This document shows positions 1 through 8,207 of a DNA stretch of 64,000 nucleotides, in pieces. The notes under the pieces are model-generated. The model was not told where the DNA came from. It saw nothing but the letters and a program-made list of their open reading frames with translations, and made no database searches. The stretch comes from Polyangiaceae bacterium (GTDB taxonomy: Bacteria; Myxococcota_A; Polyangia; Polyangiales; Polyangiaceae): NCBI GenBank assembly GCA_965222375.1, contig CBDCTZ010000015.1, positions 1,376,001 to 1,440,000 of the forward strand, read 5' to 3'. The stretch's first letter is position 1, and each line of letters begins with the position of its first letter. The position numbers and the translations under genes are program-made.

Positions 1-96
1 GCGTTATCGCACAATGTAGGTGCCTATTTTTCTTGCGTGGTCGTTGGACTGGGAGGGTTTCCGAGCGTAGCCTTCCGCCACCCACGGGAGGACGGG

Positions 97-1365
97 ATGC
101 GCCATCGGATCTGGATCGGAAGCATTGCCGCGACGGGACTGGTGTCTCTCGCGATTTCTTGTTCGGCGACGAGCGACAACGAAAAGAACACCGGAGGCGG
201 GGCAAACGCAGGCGGAACCGGCGGCAAGGGTGGTTCCGATGCAGCAATTGGCCTCGGTGGATCCGGCGCTTCCACCGGCGGCACGGGCGCGGTGACGATC
301 GATGCGGGCATCAAGGACGCGGGCGATCCGGATGCCGCGTGCAACGTGATTTCGGCGAAGGCGAACAAGCCTGCCGTCGACATCATCTGGGTCGTCGACA
401 ACTCCTGTTCTATGGGGGACGAGATCGACAAGGTCCGTACGAACATCAACCAAGCCTTCGTGCCGATCATCGACAAGAGTATCATCGACTGGCAGGTCAT
501 CATGATCAGCAAGCGTGGCTCGAGTTCGCGGCAGGTGTGCGTTCAGCCGCCCCTGGCCGGCGCAAATTGCGCGGACCTGCCGCCGAAGTTTCATCAGATC
601 AGCTGCGAAGTGGGCAGCAGCGACTCCCTGGTAATTGCGTCCAACTCCTACACGGTCACTCAAGGATTCCCACCCATCTGCGATCCGGATGCAAAACCCT
701 GGAACAAGCTGGCACGCTTCGATGCCACCAAGGTGTTCGTAGAGGTCACAGACGACGAGGCTGCGCCATGGCCCTTGATGAACGCCGACGGCTTTGACAA
801 CTGGGCGCTCAACATCGCAAAACCGCCTGGCGTCTTTGGCACCAAAACCGCTCGAAAGTACATCTTTCACGGCATCATCGGGATGGATAAGAACAACCCG
901 AACGTTGCGTGCAACACCAGCACGGGCTCGGAGCCAGGCCCCGACGGTGGCCCAACGGGCAATGCGGCCGTCGCCCCGGGCTTGGAGTATCAGAAGCTCG
1001 CGAAGCTGACCGGCGGAATCACCCGCAGCATCTGCGAGACCGACTGGAACGACATCTTCAACACCATCGCTGCGGGCATCGTGAACAAGCTGTCTTGCGA
1101 GTACGTGCCCACACCGCCTGCGGGCAAGACCTTGGACCCCAACAAGGTGAACGTGAACTTCACGCCCAGCGGCGGGACGTCCCAGCCCATTTTGCAGGAC
1201 AACAACAAGCCCTGCGATCAAGGAGCCGACGGCTGGCAGTGGGATCCATCCAAGACCAAAATCCTGCTATGTGGCGCTACGTGCGACAAGGTCAAGGCAG
1301 ACGAGAACGGTCAGATCGACCTCGAGTTTGGCTGCGCCACGAAGGTGGTTCCGCCGCCGCGCTGA
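97..1365 (+). CDS. vWA-domain lipoprotein (CglB-like myxobacterial adhesin family)
   Basis: GGAGG at 87-91 before ATG 97; lipobox LAISC; Gly-rich linker; MIDAS-like DIIWVVDNSCSM; C-terminal Cys module shared with 41268..42590. Confidence 0.8.
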   Translation: MRHRIWIGSIAATGLVSLAISCSATSDNEKNTGGGANAGGTGGKGGSDAAIGLGGSGASTGGTGAVTIDAGIKDAGDPDAACNVISAKANKPAVDIIWVVDNSCSMGDEIDKVRTNINQAFVPIIDKSIIDWQVIMISKRGSSSRQVCVQPPLAGANCADLPPKFHQISCEVGSSDSLVIASNSYTVTQGFPPICDPDAKPWNKLARFDATKVFVEVTDDEAAPWPLMNADGFDNWALNIAKPPGVFGTKTARKYIFHGIIGMDKNNPNVACNTSTGSEPGPDGGPTGNAAVAPGLEYQKLAKLTGGITRSICETDWNDIFNTIAAGIVNKLSCEYVPTPPAGKTLDPNKVNVNFTPSGGTSQPILQDNNKPCDQGADGWQWDPSKTKILLCGATCDKVKADENGQIDLEFGCATKVVPPPR

Positions 1366-3248
1366 TGCTCCGACGTCGGCGTCACTTCCTATTCGTCCAG
1401 TGCACTGCCGCGCTCTTGACGCTGAGCGCCGTGGGCTGCGGACCCGCACCGCGCCCAGCCAAGCGCGCCATGGTGGTGCCTCCAGCGCCACCGAAGCCCG
1501 CCGAGTCGGTACGTCTGTCCGCAGAGGCGCCGGCGGAGGCACTGATGTTCGTCGAGCATCTTCCCTCCGACGCCGTTGAAGCGTCGATCTTCGCAGTGAG
1601 CGGCGAGCGCGCGTCGCTTTCGGGCGGCCCCCTGCCGGCGGACCTCAGTCAGTTGCGGGTGGCCGGGGCCCCGGAGCACACGTTGTTGTACCTGGACTCG
1701 AGCCCCCTGCGCCTGACCCCCCGTCGACAAGAAGTGCGCGCGGTGGCGCTCAACTCCTTGCCCGCCGCGAGCGAAGCCCTGCGCCGGCTGGCCGACGCGG
1801 GAAACGCGACCTTGACCCGCGAAGGTCCGCTGACGCGAGTCTCACCGCGCTTTGGTCCAGATTGCTTGCTCGGCAAGAGCGCTGAAGGAGCGCGGCTCGT
1901 GTGCGGGCCGGACCCGGCGCTGCTTCGATCCGCGGGGCACCTGCTGGTGCGCAGGAACCAGCTGCCCCAGGCGGGGGCCACGACCAAGGTGTTGGCGAGC
2001 ATTCCGGTGCGACGCCTCCAAGAGCGATTCGGTTCGCTGCTCAGCAAGGGGCGCGCCCTGCTGCCGATCATGGCCAAATCGGAGCTGGAGCGGCGGGGTG
2101 GCACTGCCGCACGGCTGCTCGTCCCGGTCGTGGACGACCTGACGCGAGAGGGGCTCAGCTTGTTCGGAGATGCGGAGCGAGTCGATCTACGCGTGACCGA
2201 CGATGGCGGCAACGTGGAGGTCACGACTACCGTGCGGCTACGTGGCGCGAAGGGCTGGTTGGCCGGCTTTGCCCGGGACGTCGCAAACAAAAGGGGCGCC
2301 CGCGGAGCCTTCGACCAACTGCCGAACTCGGCGGAGCTTGCGCTATTCAGCGCCGCGCTTCCGGAGCGAGGCGCACGGGAAATGGAAGTGTTCGCCGCCA
2401 GATGGCTCAGAGCGGTGTTCGGGCCAGGTTATCGAGAGTCGACAGAACTGATAGCGAAGACGTTTCTGCCCGACGTAGGCTTCGCCTACGCCCACGGCGA
2501 CGCCTTGGGGCGGGACGCGCGTCCCATGGACTACGGCGGCGAGCGGATCCGAGACAAGACCCGCAGCGTGTGGGGTTGGCACGTTCTTACCTACGAAGAG
2601 GATCCCAAGGTGTACGCGCCGCTGCTCAAGCGCGGCATGGACACCTACAACAGCGGCGAGCTCCGCCGCCTCTCCTATGCGCAGCTGCCGCGGTTGTGCA
2701 AAGGCCTGCCCAAGATCACGACGGACCCGCCGCCCAAGGGATTGCCCATCGGCAGCCAGCGCTTCGCCATGACATTCTCCGGCAAGTTCTTCGACGCCTG
2801 CGCCGGTGGGCAGAGCGACGGGGTGCCGGCAAAGCCAACGGCGCTCGTCGTGTTGCTCGCGCCTCAGGCCTCGCGGAGCTGGATCGGGGTGTCCGCGGAC
2901 GAGGCCGGGCTAGTGAAACTGTTGAAGCAGTCTCTTTCCGGAGCCAGCACCCTGCAGTCACAGATTGAACTGAAGTCGTTGCGAGACCCCAATGCGCTGC
3001 TCGGTGGCTTCGTGACCCTGCGCGGAATGGCCGGCTTGCGGCGTAACGCGATGCAAGACGAACGGCGTGGTGGACGGCGTAGCCGGCTGGATCCACTTCC
3101 GAATCGAGGGCTGACAAAGATGCCTTGGAAGCTTGCGGTCGAAAAAGCTTCGCCGGCTGTCGTCACGGCCTGGCTTCGACTACCCAAGGGTGCAATGGAA
3201 GACATGCGGACGCTGCGTGAAGGCCGAAGAAGGTACCGCGGCTTCTGA
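1365..3248 (+). CDS. hypothetical lipoprotein
   Basis: ATG 1365 overlaps upstream TGA (TGATG); signal peptide ending SAVGC; Pro-rich linker; long ORF. Confidence 0.7.
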   Translation: MLRRRRHFLFVQCTAALLTLSAVGCGPAPRPAKRAMVVPPAPPKPAESVRLSAEAPAEALMFVEHLPSDAVEASIFAVSGERASLSGGPLPADLSQLRVAGAPEHTLLYLDSSPLRLTPRRQEVRAVALNSLPAASEALRRLADAGNATLTREGPLTRVSPRFGPDCLLGKSAEGARLVCGPDPALLRSAGHLLVRRNQLPQAGATTKVLASIPVRRLQERFGSLLSKGRALLPIMAKSELERRGGTAARLLVPVVDDLTREGLSLFGDAERVDLRVTDDGGNVEVTTTVRLRGAKGWLAGFARDVANKRGARGAFDQLPNSAELALFSAALPERGAREMEVFAARWLRAVFGPGYRESTELIAKTFLPDVGFAYAHGDALGRDARPMDYGGERIRDKTRSVWGWHVLTYEEDPKVYAPLLKRGMDTYNSGELRRLSYAQLPRLCKGLPKITTDPPPKGLPIGSQRFAMTFSGKFFDACAGGQSDGVPAKPTALVVLLAPQASRSWIGVSADEAGLVKLLKQSLSGASTLQSQIELKSLRDPNALLGGFVTLRGMAGLRRNAMQDERRGGRRSRLDPLPNRGLTKMPWKLAVEKASPAVVTAWLRLPKGAMEDMRTLREGRRRYRGF

Positions 3249-3318
3249 GCGGCGGAGCTAGCGGCTGCTCTTGATTTTGCTCGCAAACGCGAACCGGGCT
3301 ATTTGTGGTTCAGTCACG

Positions 3319-4047
3319 ATGCGTAGACTCTATGTATTTGCTTGCCTCGCTTTTGCCGCCTGCAGCGTTTCAAACGACTTGGACTCATTGAAGGGGGCTG
3401 CGGGCGCTTCCGGTCGGGCCGGTCAAGTCGGTGCCGACGCCTCGGCGGACGCGGGCTTGTGCGAGCGCAACGTCGACTGCAAAGGGTGCATCGCCTGTGA
3501 GGACTTCTGCAATTGCGCGGCGCCACTGAGCACAATCGACCTCTGCATCGCGGGCTGCAGCGACGGCGGCAGTACCGGTGGCGCCAGTTCCGGGGGCGCG
3601 GGCGGTGCGGCCTCCGGCGGTACGAGTTCGGGCGGCGCGAGTTCCGGTGGTGCAAGTTCGGGTGGTACGGGCGGCGCGTCGACAGGAGGCATCAGTTCCG
3701 GGGGCTCCGCGGGCAGTGGCGGCACAGGCGGGATCTCCTACGTCAACTGCGGTGCAATGGCATGTGCTGACAGCAACATCTGCTGCGCTACCAGCAAGCC
3801 GAGCTACAACTGCGTGCCGCCGGCAGCTTGCACGGAAGTGCCTGTCTTGTGCGAAGGTCCATCGACGTGCAAGATCGGCGAAACCTGCTGTGTTCGGCGT
3901 ACAGTCACCGACGCTGTGATCGAGGTCGTTTGCAAGAACAACTGCAGTGCTCCCGACAAGGTCGCCTGCGCCGAGTCCCCGAATATTTGCAGCGGCGGCG
4001 AGACGTGCACGCAGAGCAACATCGGCATCGTGAAGTACTGCGACTAG
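3319..4047 (+). CDS. Cys-rich lipoprotein with Gly/Ser linker
   Basis: MRRLYVFACLAFAAC signal/lipobox; GGASSGG repeats; 16-Cys C-terminal module. Confidence 0.75.
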   Translation: MRRLYVFACLAFAACSVSNDLDSLKGAAGASGRAGQVGADASADAGLCERNVDCKGCIACEDFCNCAAPLSTIDLCIAGCSDGGSTGGASSGGAGGAASGGTSSGGASSGGASSGGTGGASTGGISSGGSAGSGGTGGISYVNCGAMACADSNICCATSKPSYNCVPPAACTEVPVLCEGPSTCKIGETCCVRRTVTDAVIEVVCKNNCSAPDKVACAESPNICSGGETCTQSNIGIVKYCD

Positions 4048-4053
4048 CCGCGA

Positions 4054-6315
4054 TCAGGGCGGCGGCGCGAAGCCCGCTTTCCGAGTCGCGTCCTCGAACA
4101 GCCATAGCCGCTGATCGACACCGATGGGGCCGGGGAACTTCACTTCTTTGTTGCCGGGAAACACGACGTGGATCTCGTCCACCTGCGAGGCCCCGGCGAG
4201 ACCGAAGTGCAGCGTCTGCGAATTCTGACCACCTTTGCCACTGCCACCTTGCACCTGACGTAGATACGTCTTGCCACCAGCTTTGACGAACACCCGAGCC
4301 CCAATGCCAGCACGGTTCGCGGCGACGTTGCCCACCACGCGCACCTGCAAGAAATGCTGCGCTACGTTGGCCGTGTTCTGGAACAGCTTGGAAGCGAACA
4401 GATCCACATCGCCATCGTTGTCGTAGTCAGCGGCGGATGCGCCCCAGCCATCCTCGGTGGTGATGCCCGCGTGATAGGCGTCCAATTCGAAGTTGCCGTC
4501 GCCCTGGCCCCAATAAAAGTCCGTGGGCCGGCCGTCGTAAACGGCGGTGATGACCAAATCCAGATTGCCGTCGTTGTTGAAGTCCGAGAGCACCGGAACC
4601 GAGTGCGTCTCTTGGAAGCGCAAGCCTGACGCGCTGAAGGGCGTGTCCCAAGCGCCCGCATGGTCCGTGAAGACGCCCTTGCCGTCGTTGAGCAAGATCT
4701 GAGTCTTGTTGGAGAAGTGGAAGAAGCGCGGGTGCGCCAGGTTAGCGCTGATCAGATCGAAGTCGCCGTCGTTGTCGAGGTCACCCCAGGCTGCACCAAT
4801 CGTGTGCCCGTAGTAGGTCGTAATGGTGCCCTGAAGCGTGCCCTTGCCAGCCACGCCAAGAGCGCTGGCCTTTTCGCTGAAACTGCCCGAGCCGTTATTC
4901 AGATAGAACTGGTTGGCTTGCAGGCGGTAGTTGTTGATGAACAGGTCGATATCGCCATCGCCGTCGACGTCGGCCGGGGCGACGCCACGGCTCGCGCGAC
5001 GGATGCTCGAAAAACCGTTCTTGCCCGACCACTCTTCGAAAACGCCGCCGCCCAGGTTGTGAAAGACTTGGTCCGAGTAGTAGGTCTCTTTGCTCCAGCA
5101 GATGAAATTGGCCAGGTAGAGATCGAGCAGCCCGTCCGAGTCCAAGTCCACCCAGGCGGCTCCTGCTGTCGGCGCATGCACGTTCTTCGGGTCGCCGCAG
5201 TTTTCGTAGTTCTGCACATCGGTGATCTTCGAAGTCGCGGTCACGTCGCTGAAGGTACCGTCGCAGTTCGAGTGCAATAGCGCATCGGCGCTGCTGCCGG
5301 ATTCCGAGAAGAGGAACAAATCCAGGCAGCCGTCGTTGTCGTAGTCGCCGAATACGCCACTGGTCGCACTGATACCTGCAGCAGAAAGCCCGGCGCTGGT
5401 CGTGACGTCGACGAAGGTGCCCTTGTCGTTGCGGTACAGCTTCCCTTGCACCAAGAGATCGTCGTAGCCGTCGTTGTCGTAATCGCCCCAGGAAGCGTGC
5501 TTGCCCTCGGCGACGGTCTGCTCCTGGAAGATCTTGTCTTTGGGCGCGACGTTGTCGGTGTATTCGACGACCAGACGCACCATGAAGTCCCGTTGGAAGG
5601 GAAAGGAGACCCCGCTGAAGTAGCCGGGGGCTTCTGGCAGGTTCAGCGCCGAGTGGCAGCTGTCCCAATCGTCGCAATCTGCAGCAGCCTTGGTCCCGTA
5701 GGCGAAGGCGGGATCCGCCTGGGTCTTGGCCAAGTGCGCCACGTAGACGAGGCCGGGCTCGTCGAAGACGAGGGGAGTGTCCAGGGTGTACGTCGTCCAC
5801 TTGCCGGCTTCGACATCACCGGCGCAGCGCGTTCCGGTCCAAGCCGGCTCTTGCTGCCAATAGTCGAACCCGTTGTGACCGAAGTCCCGATATAGCCCCG
5901 CTTCCAGCTCGAGCTTTGGGTCGGCGTCTGCGGGTACGTTGGCCCACAGCACGGAAAAGCCGAGCACCTTTGCGGGGTGCTCCAGCTCGAAGCGCACGGC
6001 CTCCCAAAGCGGCACTTCGGCTAGGGCGTAGACAGTTCCATCCACGGTGATCTGCGCGGTACTCGTTCGCAGGTTTCCATCCTCAGCGTCGTCGTCCCAG
6101 GACAGCTCCGTACCCGCGAGCAGTGCACCGCCCGCGCTGCCGCATGTGGGCGGCGCCGCATCCGTATCCACACCGGCGTCGAGGTTCGCGTCGGTCCCGG
6201 CATCCACGCCCGGCCCGGGGGTCGCACCCGAATCATCGGACCCACAAGACGCCGGAGTGAAGGCCGCGAAAACACTCAAAGCCGCCGGTAAGACAAAGCG
6301 CGCACGCTGCTTCAT
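4054..6315 (-). CDS. CRTAC1-family lipoprotein (FG-GAP/VCBS repeats + ASPIC/UnbV C-terminus)
   Basis: Repeated DYDNDGxxDL motifs; C-terminal NRAGIGARV...LHFGL; start MKQRARFVLP...TPASC. Confidence 0.85.
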   Translation of the reverse strand: MKQRARFVLPAALSVFAAFTPASCGSDDSGATPGPGVDAGTDANLDAGVDTDAAPPTCGSAGGALLAGTELSWDDDAEDGNLRTSTAQITVDGTVYALAEVPLWEAVRFELEHPAKVLGFSVLWANVPADADPKLELEAGLYRDFGHNGFDYWQQEPAWTGTRCAGDVEAGKWTTYTLDTPLVFDEPGLVYVAHLAKTQADPAFAYGTKAAADCDDWDSCHSALNLPEAPGYFSGVSFPFQRDFMVRLVVEYTDNVAPKDKIFQEQTVAEGKHASWGDYDNDGYDDLLVQGKLYRNDKGTFVDVTTSAGLSAAGISATSGVFGDYDNDGCLDLFLFSESGSSADALLHSNCDGTFSDVTATSKITDVQNYENCGDPKNVHAPTAGAAWVDLDSDGLLDLYLANFICWSKETYYSDQVFHNLGGGVFEEWSGKNGFSSIRRASRGVAPADVDGDGDIDLFINNYRLQANQFYLNNGSGSFSEKASALGVAGKGTLQGTITTYYGHTIGAAWGDLDNDGDFDLISANLAHPRFFHFSNKTQILLNDGKGVFTDHAGAWDTPFSASGLRFQETHSVPVLSDFNNDGNLDLVITAVYDGRPTDFYWGQGDGNFELDAYHAGITTEDGWGASAADYDNDGDVDLFASKLFQNTANVAQHFLQVRVVGNVAANRAGIGARVFVKAGGKTYLRQVQGGSGKGGQNSQTLHFGLAGASQVDEIHVVFPGNKEVKFPGPIGVDQRLWLFEDATRKAGFAPPP

Positions 6316-6505
6316 GCGTCGAGCATAGCAGGCCTGAAGGCTCGGCCTCACTGAACGTCCACACGTTTGCCCGGGGCGACAACGTTTCCGCCGCGCGTAG
6401 CCTGGGCGCTCTGGCGCTGGTTTGTTTGGTTGGTTGGGGTCGCGTGCCCTGGGGCGGCAGTGGGCCACTACTCTAGACATGGGCCATGCGAGGGCGCTTG
6501 TGGTG

Positions 6506-6798
6506 CCTTCCCCTTTCCCCTGAACTTGAACTTCAACTTGAACGTCGACGTCGACGTGCCCGTGGACGTGGGCGTCGACTTGCCCTTGGACTTGGGCGTC
6601 GACGTGTCCTTGGACTTGGCCGTCTGCTTTTCCCGTCTACGTTGAAGCAGAGGCCTGCGTGCAAGCAGACGCCTACGTCGAAACAGAAGCCTACGTGCAA
6701 GCAGAAGCCGACGTCGAAGCGGAAGCCTACGTGCAAGCAGACGTCTACGTGGAAGTTGAAGTTGAGGTGTAGGAGGAGGGTAAGTTGAAGGGGAAGGG
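6506..6798. repeat. Hexamer-phased repeat block: 3 x 24 bp (6550-6621) and 7 x 18 bp (6635-6760) inside imperfect inverted arms
   Basis: Units gtcgac(g/t)tg(c/t)cc(g/t)tggac(g/t)tgg(g/c)c and gcctacgt(g/c)(c/g)aagcaga(a/c); arms aacttcaacttgaacgtcgacgtc vs gacgtctacgtggaagttgaagtt, and ccttcccctt vs aaggggaagg. Confidence 0.85.
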
Positions 6799-6910
6799 TT
6801 CACGTTTAGCATAGTTGGGGGCTCGATCGCATCCCCGCGCCAGCTGACGCTGGCACTTCGGGGGATGCATGCACGTTGGTGCGTTGCCAGAGCCAGCACG
6901 CTTCACGTCA

Positions 6911-6948
6911 GAGGTCTCGACCTCCTTCTTGGGTGAAGGAGGTCTCGA
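6911..6948 (+). promoter_or_regulatory. RBS-sequestering hairpin upstream of the four-helix-bundle gene
   Basis: Perfect 10-bp stem gacctccttc (6919-6928) / gaaggaggtc (6935-6944) covers AAGGAGG; direct repeat gaggtctcga at 6911 and 6939. Confidence 0.6.
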
Positions 6949-7311
6949 ATGACAATGAACACATCCACAACAACATCTTTGCTTCCGCATCATCGGTTGA
7001 AGGCCTATGGCGTCGCGTTGAAACTGCTTGGCGCGGTGCGTGATGCGCGGATCACGGATCGGGATTCGCGGGATCAAGCGCTGCGCGCTGCGAAGGGTGC
7101 TTGTCGCAACATTGCTGAGGCCGCGGGGCGCGTTTCTGGTGGCGATAAAGCTCGCGCGTTCGGCATCGCTCGTGGGGAAACCGTTGAGGCGGTTTGCTCG
7201 GTCGAAATCGCAGTCGAGTCCGGCGCGGGATCGCGGGAAGCGTTGCCTCGTGTGCTCGAGCATGGGAACGCGCTGTACGCGATGCTCACGGCGCTTTCGC
7301 GGGCGCGGTGA
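6949..7311 (+). CDS. four helix bundle protein (23S rRNA IVS protein / Avd-like fold)
   Basis: HHRLKAY...RDQALRAA...NIAEAAGR...KARAFGIARGE motif pattern; strong SD; 120 aa. Confidence 0.85.
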   Translation: MTMNTSTTTSLLPHHRLKAYGVALKLLGAVRDARITDRDSRDQALRAAKGACRNIAEAAGRVSGGDKARAFGIARGETVEAVCSVEIAVESGAGSREALPRVLEHGNALYAMLTALSRAR

Positions 7312-7435
7312 GGGGGGTTTCTGAAGACGGGCCCGAATATGAACTTTCCCACCGCGGTTTGCGCGACTCGGCGGCCACATCACAAGACAACCACTGGCTG
7401 CCGCACGCAAATCGGCACGGCGCGACCCGCGGGGT

Positions 7436-8017
7436 TCAAGGGCCGGTCATGAGTGCAGCCTTGCAAGAGCCGGCTACGCAAGAAGCAGTCACGGCGAACT
7501 TGCAGACTGGCGCGAGATCGCATTTACCGCAGTAGGCTGCACCAATCTGCTTCGCCAACGCAGTCGCAGCTTCCAGGTTCAGTACGTTGATCGCGAGAAC
7601 GGAACACGACGTGTTCCAGCACCCGCCGCCGGTCCTTAGCACTGTGCACTCCACGTCGCTCGTGCAAGGAGTCCACCCATCCAGCGCGACGGAAAACTCC
7701 GCGCCAACCACCTCGGCCACGTCGGCACACCCGATGCAACCTTTTGGCGTGCTGTGGGTCCCGGTGGGGCAGTCTTCCAAACCAGCGTCTCCGCCGTCGC
7801 CACCCGCGTCGGTCGGCTGGCCGGAGTCTGGCTGACCGTCTGCACCGACCGAACCGTCGTCGCCTCTGTTGCCGGCGTCGAAATCGCCCGCGTCGATAGC
7901 TGGCGGCAGGTCCTCACCAACGGGCGACCCATCAGTGACGACATTCCCGCCGCACGCTGCAAGCAGGGATGCCGTCCCCAACCCAACACCGAACCCAATT
8001 TCTCGACCGCTCCGCAT
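7436..8017 (-). CDS. Cys-rich lipoprotein
   Basis: MRSGREIGFGVGLGTASLLAAC lipobox; DAG/DGG-rich linker; Cys-rich C-terminus. Confidence 0.7.
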   Translation of the reverse strand: MRSGREIGFGVGLGTASLLAACGGNVVTDGSPVGEDLPPAIDAGDFDAGNRGDDGSVGADGQPDSGQPTDAGGDGGDAGLEDCPTGTHSTPKGCIGCADVAEVVGAEFSVALDGWTPCTSDVECTVLRTGGGCWNTSCSVLAINVLNLEAATALAKQIGAAYCGKCDLAPVCKFAVTASCVAGSCKAALMTGP

Positions 8018-8018
8018 C

Positions 8019-8207
8019 TCAACGTCCCGCGCTGGTAACCGGGACCGGGGCAGGTGCTGGCGTCGAACCGGCTTCGACGGGGTCCTTGCCTCCGTCCAGG
8101 CGTTCTTCGCTACCGGCACCCCCGACCGGGCCATCCAGCACCCTTCCGCCACAGTGCACGAACGTCAACGGAAGTAGAACCAACACCAAGAGCTGCGCGT
8201 TGCTCAT
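8019..8207 (-). pseudogene. 62-aa lipoprotein stub (signal peptide + linker only)
   Basis: MSNAQLLVLVLLPLTFVHCGGRVLDG; ATG overlaps stop of 8204 gene; N-terminus resembles next gene (CGGNVVTDG). Confidence 0.45.

Noticed and set aside
6550..6760. CRISPR array
   Set aside because: Tandem units without unique spacers
6851..6870. Sigma-54 promoter (TGGCAC...TGC) before the four-helix-bundle gene
   Set aside because: GG-to-GC spacing is 13 nt rather than the required 10
6949..7311. Diversity-generating retroelement (Avd-like gene) or 23S rRNA intervening sequence
   Set aside because: No reverse transcriptase, no TR/VR pair and no rRNA sequence nearby
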